Positions 1-8,185 of a stretch of DNA of 23,777 bases are shown here, piece by piece. The DNA is from Candidatus Zixiibacteriota bacterium (lineage in GTDB: Bacteria; Zixibacteria; MSB-5A5; GN15; FEB-12). The stretch is taken from NCBI GenBank assembly GCA_041742355.1, contig JBGSIV010000287.1:1-23777 (forward strand), written 5' to 3'. The stretch's first letter is position 1; every line of letters begins with the position of its first letter. Below the pieces are notes generated by a model. The model did not search any database. It saw nothing but the letters and a program-made list of their open reading frames with translations, and had not been told where the DNA came from. The position numbers and the translations under genes were made by a program.

Positions 1-49
1 CCTCGTGAACTTCCTGTTCAAGGCTGGTCCGGCTCCGATTCCGTGCTAA
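1..49 (+). CDS. 3' end of a dockerin-domain protein (partial)
   Basis: The frame from base 2 reads LVNFLFKAGPAPIPC* (TAA 47-49), nearly identical to the dockerin tail LVNYLFKSGPPPPSK of the next gene. A terminator follows. Not in the ORF track. Confidence 0.8.
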   Translation, partial: LVNFLFKAGPAPIPC

Positions 50-93
50 GGCCTGACCAAGGCGTTTAGCCCGACTGTTGTCCGGTAAAACAA

Positions 94-124
94 GGCCGTC
101 CCGATCACTCGGGACGGCCATTTT
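94..124 (+). terminator. Rho-independent terminator
   Basis: Perfect 11-bp stem GGCCGTCCCGA (94-104) / TCGGGACGGCC (109-119), 4-nt loop, then ATTTT. Confidence 0.85.
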
Positions 125-424
125 GTGCTTGTCGATTTCCACGATTTGCTTATATTTACAGCGGAGAAACACGTGCCGGATCCGCCATCCGGCCGTCAGA
201 ATAACTACCGTACTCCTCACTGCGGCACCATGATTCCTCTATGGCTATCGGTCCAAGCGGTCGATAGACAATGACAGGATGTCCCCCAGAATTACCCCCG
301 GGTTCGCCGGACGAACCGGGGCACAAGATGAGAAGAACCTTGAGAGAACAGATCCGGTTATAGGTGCAGTATTCCCGAAATCGACGATTCGCAATTGTTA
401 TAGAAACTGATGGGAGTGAACAGG

Positions 425-2803
425 ATGAAGGTACAGCTCAGTCGTCTGCTGGCGGTTCTTGCCGTGTCGGCAGCAGTGCTCGGCACGACCTCTCCGGTGC
501 AGGCGGTGTACAATCCCAACGGCGAACAGCCGAAACCGCGCATGCTGCCGGGGCTGGTCTCAGTTCAACTGGAAGATAACGTCGATCCGGCCGCTACGGC
601 CAAGGCGTTCGGACGGGTTTCGTTCGGCGTCGCAAGTCTCGACGCGCTCCTGGCGGACCTGAAGGTCGCCGATGCACGGAAGATCTTCCCGTGGCAGAAC
701 GAACGCCCGAAACTGAACTCCGGACAGCACGATCTGTCGCGCTTCTTCGAACTGTCTTTCCCCCCCGACCAGGATGTCCGCGCCGTCGTCCGGTCCCTGC
801 GCCAGAACCCGAACGTCCGGATGGCCGAGCCGGTCTGGGAAATGCCGCTGCTGGCAACCCCCAACGACCCGCAGTGGTCCCAGCAATGGGCGATGGAACC
901 CGGTCCTCCGGATCCGGACTTCTACGACGCCTGGGATATCGAGAACGGATCCGATTCCGTCATCTTCGGCTGCATCGATTCCGGTGTCAACTACAAGCAT
1001 GCCGACCTCGCCCAGAACGTATGGGTGAATCCGGGCGAGGATCTCGACGGCGATCGGGTCGTGTTCGACCCCGATGACCTTAACTCGGTTGATGACGACG
1101 GCAACGGGATCGTCGATGACCTTATCGGCTACGACTTCCTGACCTCGGCCGGCTCGGTCTGGCCGGGTGAGGACGGCGGCGGCCGCGATCCCGACCCGAA
1201 CGACCATAACGGCCACGGTACCCACGTGGCGGGCATTGCCGCTGCGGCCACCAACAACGGCATCAACGTGACGGGCGCCGCCGGCGGATGGTTCGGCGGA
1301 CACCGCGCCTACCGCGGAGTGCGGATCATGTGCCTCCGGGTCGGCTACACGGGCAGCGACGGCAACGGATACGTCAACACCAACGACTGCGCCGCGGCAA
1401 TCAACTACGCCGTGATGATGGGCGCGGACGTCATCAACGAGAGCTGGGGCGGTTCCTATGTCTCGGCCATCGCCTCGTCCAACGCCGTCGCCGCCGGAGT
1501 GACCGTGTGCCATGCCGCCGGCAACGACAACGCCAGCACCGGCGACGAAATCGACGATATGCCGGGCGTACTATCGGTTGCTTCCGTCGGGCCGCAGTCG
1601 GACATAAAGTCAAGCTTCTCGAACTACGGCTACTGGGTCGACGTGTGCGCGCCGGGATCCTCGATCCTGTCGACCTACTCCAATGCCTACGTCCCCACCA
1701 CCGCCACCCTGGGCGGCACCTCGATGGCCTCGCCGATGGTGGCCGGGCTGGCCCTCCTGGTTCGTTCGGCCATGCCGTCCTTGACCCGGTTCCAGTGTGA
1801 CTCCATAATTCTCGTGACGACCGACTCGGTGGAAGCGGTCAACAACCCGCTCTACTGGTACCAACTCGGCTCCGGGCGCATTAACGCCCTCAAAGCCCTC
1901 CAGGGACTGGGCCGGGCCAAGTTCACCTCCACGGCAACCGACGGCAACGTGCCGCTGACCGTCGACTTCACGGACCTCTCCCCGCTGTCGCCCACCTCAT
2001 GGCTGTGGAGCTTCGGAACCGGCGCACAATCGACCGACCAGAACCCCAGCTACATCTATACCGAGCCGGGCGTCTATGATGTATCCCTGATTGTCGACGA
2101 CACGGCCTCGATCGGCAACGGCGAAGAGCACCTCCGCCGCTACATCTGGGCCCGCGCCGACACCCTTAAGGTGGATTCCGTGGAAGTGCGGCCGGGGGAC
2201 ACGGTCGTGTACCCGATCTTCCTGCGCAACACCGCACAGGCGAGCGACATCATGTTCGCCTTCCAGCTGGAGAACCACAACGGCCAGGAAGTCCAGTTCC
2301 TGGATTACTCCGTGGCCGGAACCCGGACAGGCTACTTCGAGAGCACCTCGATGAGCGGCTCCGACCTGATCAACCAGCGCTTTGCCATACGTCTCCGCTC
2401 CAACACCGGGACCGGATCATCCTGGCTGCCGGCCGATACCGGCGTGATCCTGAACCTCCGGTTCCTGGTGGCGAACGATCCGACTCCGGATCTGGTGGTG
2501 GTCGTGGATACGGCGACTATCAACGGAAACGCTCCGCGGATCACCACGGCCTACGGCGACTACTGGCCGGCGTTCTCTCCCGGATACCTGGTGGTGAGAG
2601 CCTGCGCCCATGGCGACTCCAACTGCGACGACAAAATCAACGTCTCCGATCTGACCTTCCTCGTGAACTACCTCTTCAAGGGTGGCGCCGAGCCGGATAC
2701 GCGGGGCGGAGATGTCAACGCCGACAGCAGCATCAACGTCACCGACCTGACTTTCCTCGTTAACTACCTCTTCAAGTCGGGTCCGCCGCCGCCCTCCAAG
2801 TGA
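425..2803 (+). CDS. Secreted S8 (subtilisin-like) serine peptidase with prodomain, PKD, cohesin-like and C-terminal dockerin domains
   Basis: Signal peptide MKVQLSRLLAVLAVSAAVLGTTSPVQA. Catalytic motifs IDSG, HGTHVAG and GTSMASP plus oxyanion AAGN. PKD motif WLWSFG..YTEPGVYDVSL. Two GDxNxDxxINVxDLTFLVNYLFK repeats. ATG 425 preferred over 410 because GGGAG (412-416) lies 8 nt upstream. Confidence 0.93.
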   Translation: MKVQLSRLLAVLAVSAAVLGTTSPVQAVYNPNGEQPKPRMLPGLVSVQLEDNVDPAATAKAFGRVSFGVASLDALLADLKVADARKIFPWQNERPKLNSGQHDLSRFFELSFPPDQDVRAVVRSLRQNPNVRMAEPVWEMPLLATPNDPQWSQQWAMEPGPPDPDFYDAWDIENGSDSVIFGCIDSGVNYKHADLAQNVWVNPGEDLDGDRVVFDPDDLNSVDDDGNGIVDDLIGYDFLTSAGSVWPGEDGGGRDPDPNDHNGHGTHVAGIAAAATNNGINVTGAAGGWFGGHRAYRGVRIMCLRVGYTGSDGNGYVNTNDCAAAINYAVMMGADVINESWGGSYVSAIASSNAVAAGVTVCHAAGNDNASTGDEIDDMPGVLSVASVGPQSDIKSSFSNYGYWVDVCAPGSSILSTYSNAYVPTTATLGGTSMASPMVAGLALLVRSAMPSLTRFQCDSIILVTTDSVEAVNNPLYWYQLGSGRINALKALQGLGRAKFTSTATDGNVPLTVDFTDLSPLSPTSWLWSFGTGAQSTDQNPSYIYTEPGVYDVSLIVDDTASIGNGEEHLRRYIWARADTLKVDSVEVRPGDTVVYPIFLRNTAQASDIMFAFQLENHNGQEVQFLDYSVAGTRTGYFESTSMSGSDLINQRFAIRLRSNTGTGSSWLPADTGVILNLRFLVANDPTPDLVVVVDTATINGNAPRITTAYGDYWPAFSPGYLVVRACAHGDSNCDDKINVSDLTFLVNYLFKGGAEPDTRGGDVNADSSINVTDLTFLVNYLFKSGPPPPSK
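2612..2776 (+). repeat. Dockerin duplicated Ca-binding repeats (intragenic)
   Basis: GDSNCDDKINVSDLTFLVNYLFK and GDVNADSSINVTDLTFLVNYLFK; the two copies are also near-identical at DNA level. Confidence 0.85.
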
Positions 2804-2825
2804 TTCCATGACCTGATTTTACCTG

Positions 2826-2859
2826 AAACGGGCGCCACCACAGGCGCCCGTTTCCGTTT
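2826..2859 (+). terminator. Rho-independent terminator after the S8 gene
   Basis: Stem AAACGGGCGCC (2826-2836) / GGCGCCCGTTT (2843-2853), followed by CCGTTT. Confidence 0.75.
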
Positions 2860-2892
2860 GGGGGCATTTCTTTTTGCGCCGAGGAATTTTTA

Positions 2893-2921
2893 TTGACGCC
2901 TTTTTGACCCTGCCATATCTT
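2893..2921 (+). promoter_or_regulatory. Sigma70-type promoter for 3078..3920
   Basis: TTGACG (2893-2898), 17-nt spacer, TATCTT (2916-2921), with an AT-rich stretch upstream. Confidence 0.6.
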
Positions 2922-3077
2922 GGTAGGAAATGGCGGCTTCGTACGCCCGGCAGGGGTGTGTCGTCTGCGGCAGGCGCCGTAGCGTGCATCCCCGAGGAAC
3001 CGTGAGGGAGATCCGCTGTTATGGTACCGGTAACTTGTGACTGAAACGATACTAATGTCAAGCATGGAGGCAGCTGC

Positions 3078-3920
3078 ATGAAATCAAGATTGCTAATGAT
3101 CGCTCTGACCGTCTTGCTCGTATGCGGTACAACGGCGTACGCCCAGGATCCCAACCTTCCCGACACGATTGATCTGGAACTGACCGTCGATACCGTTGGG
3201 CTCACCGCGCAGTTAGAAGTGTGGGTCTTCAGTGACGAAGCGCTCGTCGGTGCCACGATGGGGATTCGCTGGGACAATTCGGCGACGAGCCTCAGCATGG
3301 ACACGGCGATCGCGTCCTCCGCGGTGTCCGGATTCGATCTGGGTGTGTTCCTCTATGAGGGAAACAGCCGGGCCACGACCAACACCAACATGCGTTTCCT
3401 GTTCGGCGGAGCATCGCTCTTTGGGTCAGTGGCGGCCGATGCGACTGGCCGTCGCCTCTGGGCCACCTATGACTTCACTCTGGCCTCTTGGGCCGGTGAC
3501 GGCTCGGACGGGATTGAGTTTGACACGCTGACCTACAGCGGCGGCACGGAGTACCTGTTTGTGCACGAAACGGGCGATCACCTCCCGATATACACCGGAA
3601 AGGTGACCTTTGGCGGATCGGGCACCGCTGTCGGCGACGATAGCGACAACCTTCCGACCAGCTACTCGCTCGCGCAGAACTACCCGAACCCCTTCAACCC
3701 GACCACCGAAATCGCCTTCGACCTTCCGTCGAAGTCGAAAGTCCGGTTGACCGTGTTCAACATCCTCGGGCAGGAAGTAACGACCCTCGTGAACAAAGAA
3801 CTGGGCCCCGGCCACCACTCGATCCAGTGGGACGGCGGCACTCAGGCCTCGGGCATCTACTTCTACAAGCTTGAAGCGAACAACTTCAGCGAGACCCGCA
3901 AGATGATGCTGGTTAAGTAA
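3078..3920 (+). CDS. Secreted protein with a cohesin-like/beta-sandwich N-terminal domain and a T9SS type A-like (FlgD-Ig) C-terminal sorting domain
   Basis: RBS GGAGG; signal peptide ending TAYA-Q; C-terminus LPTSYSLAQNYPNPFNPTT..VFNILGQEV..ASGIYFYKL..RKMMLVK is the typical PNPFN sorting domain. The cohesin-like call rests on the alternating beta-strand pattern only. Confidence 0.85.
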   Translation: MKSRLLMIALTVLLVCGTTAYAQDPNLPDTIDLELTVDTVGLTAQLEVWVFSDEALVGATMGIRWDNSATSLSMDTAIASSAVSGFDLGVFLYEGNSRATTNTNMRFLFGGASLFGSVAADATGRRLWATYDFTLASWAGDGSDGIEFDTLTYSGGTEYLFVHETGDHLPIYTGKVTFGGSGTAVGDDSDNLPTSYSLAQNYPNPFNPTTEIAFDLPSKSKVRLTVFNILGQEVTTLVNKELGPGHHSIQWDGGTQASGIYFYKLEANNFSETRKMMLVK

Positions 3921-3947
3921 TTATCCAGCGTTCCGTTCAGATCTGAC

Positions 3948-3984
3948 GAACAGCCGCAGCCAAAACTGCGGCTGTTCTCTTTTT
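3948..3984 (+). terminator. Rho-independent terminator
   Basis: Perfect 12-bp stem GAACAGCCGCAG (3948-3959) / CTGCGGCTGTTC (3966-3977), then TCTTTTT. Confidence 0.9.
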
Positions 3985-4059
3985 GCCCCCGAAAAATAGT
4001 GTCAAAATCTGTCAGCAATCATTTAAGTCATTGTATAACAACAAAATAAATCTTTCCCA

Positions 4060-4088
4060 TTGACTTTATGGAGAAGATGTGATATAAT
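4060..4088 (+). promoter_or_regulatory. Near-consensus sigma70 promoter with extended -10
   Basis: TTGACT (4060-4065), 17-nt spacer, TATAAT (4083-4088) preceded by TG at 4080-4081; A-rich UP-like tract upstream. Confidence 0.8.
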
Positions 4089-4145
4089 AGACCTCTGTGT
4101 GAATTGCAAAAAACATCATAAGCTGTTGACATATAAGGCATTACA

Positions 4146-6335
4146 ATGTTAGGGGTAATTGGTAATCGGTTCTCTATCGGTAAGGAAACCTACCCGCCCT
4201 TCTCAGCGGAACTACACTACTTCCGGATCGACAAGCGCCACTGGTCGATCTGTTTTGAACGGATCAAGCGAGCCGGTTTCCGGATTATTGCCTCGGCGGT
4301 GCCCTGGAACATCCATCAGGATCACACCAAAATGTACGACTTCGCGGGGATGACCGACCCCCGGAAAGACCTCGTGGTCTTTCTGGAGCTGGCCCGCGAG
4401 TTCGGATTCAAAGTCATATTGCGGCCCGGCCCCTGGGTGGCGGGGCAGTTGCCCTACGGCGGGTTGCCCAAACACCTGTTTAACGACATCAAGGTGTTCG
4501 CCCGCGACGCACAGGGGACCGAGCGCGAACTTCCCGCCGACCACGGCGTGAAAACCGGTTACCTCCCGAGCTACCTGCACCCCAACTTCCAGTTCCACCT
4601 GAAAAGCTACTTCAAGGCCTTCATCGAGACGACCAAGAACTACGTGCACCCCCGCGGCCCGGTCTTCATGGTCGAACTGGACTACGAGACCTCGTTCGGT
4701 CGCATGCTCGACCCGGCCAGCGCCGACTACAACCCGGACGTGCTCGCGACGTACTACGCCCGCTTCCTCCAGGAAACCTACGAGAGCGACATCAAGAAGC
4801 TCAACCTCCAATACAAGAGCAAATTCGGGACCTTCGAGGAAGTCGAGCCTCCCCGGAAATTCACCGACCTCGAATTGAAAGACTACCCCAAGGTTTTTGA
4901 CTGGTTCCGCTTCCGCCAGTATGTGCTGCGCACCTACCTGCAGGCAGTCGAGGATCTGTTCACCTCGTACACCGTGGAGCCGCTGATCTTCCGTTCCCTC
5001 TACTTCCGCCCGGGGGATCTCCTCCCGGCGTACAACCTCGTCCCCGAAGAAATGGCGCCGTTTCTGGGGAGTAACGCGTTTCCGGAAGGGAACTACTTCG
5101 ATCTCTCGATCAAGGCCAAGTTTCTCAAAGAGGAGTACGGCTTCGCCTTCGCCTCCTCCTTCGTCTCCGGCCGACCCGCCGCTGACCCCGATCGCGAACA
5201 GAAGATTGCCCCGGTCCGCAACAACGACCGTCGGTTCTACCTCACCGCCGGCCTCGCCGCCGGATTCAAGGGGATGAACCACTACATGTTCGTCGACCGC
5301 GAGCACTGGTACGGTTCCCCCCTCCACAACGACGGCACCGTCTCGGACGGCTACAAGATCGTCCAGCGTTTCAACACCGGGATCGGTGAAGTCGGAATCG
5401 AGGATATGGAGACCAAGCCGCAGATCGCCGTGGTCGGCAACCGGCTCTACTCCTGGCTGAATCTGACCAGTTCGCAGAAAGAATTCGCCTATGTCCCGCG
5501 GCTGCTGAACGAATCGACCGTCGGCTTCTGCCGTGATCTGATGCGGCTGAAACTGAATTTCGGCGTGCGCGAAAATAGAGACTGGACGACGATGAAGGAT
5601 TATAAAGTACTCTTCATCCCGTCCACCGAAGTTATGGCCGAGCGCGACCAGGAGGCGATTGTCGAACTGGTGAAAAACGGCCAGACCGTTATCATGTGCG
5701 GCCTCATTCCCCGCTACGACGAAAACTTCCGCGACTGCAAAGTGTTGTCCAACCACTTCCGGATCAAGACCACGGCCGAGTACAAAATCGGCTCGGTCGA
5801 ATTCAAGGAAGGCGGGGACTTCCCGGCCTATATGTACGGCAGCATCCGGGCTACCGACGACGCCAAGACGCGCAAAGTGGCCAAGTGCGGCGCCAAGATC
5901 CTCGGCGTGAGCTCCTCCCGCTTCAAGGGGAACTTCGTGTTCTTCTCGTTCGACATCGCATCGGGCGGCAACCACAAGAAGCTCGCCTTCATCGAGTCGA
6001 TCCTCGAAGGGGAGAAGTTGTCGTCGCACCTCTACTGCTCCGATCCGTCGGTCGACATCGCCTTCCAGATGGGAACCAAGAAGGCGCTCCTGTTCGTCGT
6101 GGCGCCGCCGCCGGGCGAGCTGTCCGACGGTTTCGAGGCGACCACCAAGGAAATCATCGTCCGGGCCGACCTCAAGAACCTCGGCTTCAAAGCCCCCAAG
6201 ATCAAGTTAACCGACATGTTCAGCGATCCGGAAAATCCCACTGTCCTGAAGGTCTCGGCCAAGGAGTTGGAGGAAGGGATTCCGCTGACCATCAGTTTCC
6301 CCGACGGCGTCATCTTCGTCGTCGACAAACGCTGA
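4146..6335 (+). CDS. GH35/GH42 beta-galactosidase-fold protein, cytoplasmic, probably catalytically degenerate
   Basis: GH35-type motifs AELHYFRI, VPWNIH, FLELAREFGFKVILRPGPW..GGLP and GMNHYMF. GH42-like WFRFR segment and a trimerisation-like domain (DYKVLFIP). No signal peptide. Confidence 0.8.
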   Translation: MLGVIGNRFSIGKETYPPFSAELHYFRIDKRHWSICFERIKRAGFRIIASAVPWNIHQDHTKMYDFAGMTDPRKDLVVFLELAREFGFKVILRPGPWVAGQLPYGGLPKHLFNDIKVFARDAQGTERELPADHGVKTGYLPSYLHPNFQFHLKSYFKAFIETTKNYVHPRGPVFMVELDYETSFGRMLDPASADYNPDVLATYYARFLQETYESDIKKLNLQYKSKFGTFEEVEPPRKFTDLELKDYPKVFDWFRFRQYVLRTYLQAVEDLFTSYTVEPLIFRSLYFRPGDLLPAYNLVPEEMAPFLGSNAFPEGNYFDLSIKAKFLKEEYGFAFASSFVSGRPAADPDREQKIAPVRNNDRRFYLTAGLAAGFKGMNHYMFVDREHWYGSPLHNDGTVSDGYKIVQRFNTGIGEVGIEDMETKPQIAVVGNRLYSWLNLTSSQKEFAYVPRLLNESTVGFCRDLMRLKLNFGVRENRDWTTMKDYKVLFIPSTEVMAERDQEAIVELVKNGQTVIMCGLIPRYDENFRDCKVLSNHFRIKTTAEYKIGSVEFKEGGDFPAYMYGSIRATDDAKTRKVAKCGAKILGVSSSRFKGNFVFFSFDIASGGNHKKLAFIESILEGEKLSSHLYCSDPSVDIAFQMGTKKALLFVVAPPPGELSDGFEATTKEIIVRADLKNLGFKAPKIKLTDMFSDPENPTVLKVSAKELEEGIPLTISFPDGVIFVVDKR

Positions 6336-6350
6336 CGAGGCAGTCGGCCC

Positions 6351-8066
6351 ATGAGTCTTCCAAAGTCATACCGGCGCCGGTGGTTCACCCTGGCGCCGTT
6401 CATTCTCTGCGCGATTTCCCTCATGACATGTGAAGGAGCGAGGGTGACCCGTTTCTACGACACCGGCGCGGTTGCCACGGCCGCCCCGGAAGCCACCGAG
6501 GTCGGGGTGAAAGTCTTCGCCGACCGGGGGAACGCATTCGACGCCGCGGTGGCGGTCGGTCTGGCCCTGGCCGTGGTCCATCCGGTGGCCGGTAACATCG
6601 GCGGCGGTGGATTCGCGGTGATTCGCGACGGCCGCACGGGAGCGATCCGCACGCTCGACTTCCGGGAGACAGCGCCGGCAGCCGCCACAACGAACATGTA
6701 TCTCAACGACAGCGGCGTCGTCATCGACAGCGCCTCAACCTTCGGCGCCCGGGCCGCCGGCGTGCCGGGGACCGTGGCCGGGCTGCACGCCCTGTGGAAA
6801 GAGTACGGCTCCAGGCCATGGTCGGAACTGGTCGAGTACGCCATCGTGCTGGCCGACTCCGGATTTGTCGTCGATGAACACCTCGCGGCGGAAATGCGCT
6901 CGTATGAAAAGGACCTCTCGGCCTTCGAGGAGACCCGCGTCGTGTTCGCGCCCGATGGACAGACCCCGGCCGCCGGCGAGCGGCTCGTGCAGAAAGATCT
7001 GGCCAACACCCTGCGCCTGATCGGCGAGCAGGGACCGCAGGGATTCTACACCGGCGAGGTGGCCGACGACATCGTGGCCACCATGCAGAAATACGGCGGG
7101 CTGATTACCCACGAAGATCTGACCGCCTACCGGCCAGTGTGGCGCGAGCCGGTGCACTACGTCTTCGACTCGTTGGACATTTACTCCATGGCGCCGCCCT
7201 CGTCGGGGGGAATCATCGTCGGGCAGATTCTGAAGCTGCTCGAGCCATACAAGTTCGAAAGCTGGACCCCGTCGTCGCCGGAGTACCTCCACCTCTTCGC
7301 CGAAATGGCGCGCATGGCCTACGCCGATCGCGCCGAATACCTCGGAGATCCGGCGTTCTTCGATGTCCCCCGGCAACTCCTCGATTCAACCTACCTGGCC
7401 GCACGGCGCGCGGGGGTCGACCCGCTCCACGCCCGGACCTCGGCCGAGGTCAATCCGGGGTTGAGCACCGTGGCGCCGGTGGAATCGGACCAGACAACGC
7501 ACTACTCCGTGTGCGATGCCCGCGGAAACATGGTCGCGATCACCTACACGATCAATACCGGGTACGGATCGAAGCTGGTCGTCGGGGGATCGGGTTTTCT
7601 GCTGAACAACGAAATGGACGACTTCGCTATCGCGCCGGGGGTGCCAAACGCCTACGGACTGGTCGGCGGAGAAGCCAACCGGATCGAACCGGGCAAGCGG
7701 ATGCTGTCATCCATGGCCCCGACCCTCGTGCTGAAGAACCGGGAGCCGTACCTCGTTCTCGGATCGCCGGGGGGATCGCGGATCATCACAACCGTGGCGC
7801 AGACAATTCTCAACGTCGTGCGCTTCGGACAGCCGCTCGAGCAGGCGGTGGCCCAACCTCGTGCGCATCACCAGTGGCTGCCCGATGTGCTGTACCTTGA
7901 GCAGGGGAAATTCGACATCAACACCATCCAGTCGCTCATCCGCTACGGCCACGTGGTGGAGGAGCGCTCCCCCTTCGGCGAGGTGCACGCCATATTTGTC
8001 AATGAAGCCGGGCTGATGTCGGGAGCATCGGATCCGCGCGGACGTGGCGCGGCGGGCGGATTCTGA
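6351..8066 (+). CDS. ggt: Gamma-glutamyltransferase (Ntn hydrolase), exported
   Basis: GNAFDAAVA, GNIGGGGF, DFRETAP, GVPGTVAG, PPSSGG, autocleavage site TTHYS, LLNNEMDDF, PGKRMLSSMAP, GSPGGSRI, SDPRG; N-terminal hydrophobic signal. Confidence 0.96.
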   Translation: MSLPKSYRRRWFTLAPFILCAISLMTCEGARVTRFYDTGAVATAAPEATEVGVKVFADRGNAFDAAVAVGLALAVVHPVAGNIGGGGFAVIRDGRTGAIRTLDFRETAPAAATTNMYLNDSGVVIDSASTFGARAAGVPGTVAGLHALWKEYGSRPWSELVEYAIVLADSGFVVDEHLAAEMRSYEKDLSAFEETRVVFAPDGQTPAAGERLVQKDLANTLRLIGEQGPQGFYTGEVADDIVATMQKYGGLITHEDLTAYRPVWREPVHYVFDSLDIYSMAPPSSGGIIVGQILKLLEPYKFESWTPSSPEYLHLFAEMARMAYADRAEYLGDPAFFDVPRQLLDSTYLAARRAGVDPLHARTSAEVNPGLSTVAPVESDQTTHYSVCDARGNMVAITYTINTGYGSKLVVGGSGFLLNNEMDDFAIAPGVPNAYGLVGGEANRIEPGKRMLSSMAPTLVLKNREPYLVLGSPGGSRIITTVAQTILNVVRFGQPLEQAVAQPRAHHQWLPDVLYLEQGKFDINTIQSLIRYGHVVEERSPFGEVHAIFVNEAGLMSGASDPRGRGAAGGF

Positions 8067-8185
8067 GCCGGTCCTGACCGGCTGATGAAGTATCTCGCTT
8101 AGCCTGATTAGCTATATCTGCCGCCCGGAGGGGATCCCCGAAGTCACCTGTGCCGAATCGGAAAGAACTCCGTCACAGAATCAAC

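Noticed and set aside
2927..3077. About 150-nt leader as a possible c-di-GMP or c-di-AMP riboswitch
   Set aside because: I could not match the conserved cores of those riboswitches and saw no expression-platform terminator.
4212..6029. 605-aa antisense ORF, and similar ones at 560-1513, 11624-12814, 13041-14435, 15155-16405, 16678-17865 and 20973-22433
   Set aside because: Shadow ORFs opposite well-supported genes, expected from high-GC codon bias; no recognisable motifs.
8067..8185. GCCGGTC/GACCGGC hairpin followed by CTGATGA, hammerhead-like
   Set aside because: No stem II closing onto a GAAA at a suitable distance. The hairpin also lacks a U-tract, so it is not called a terminator.
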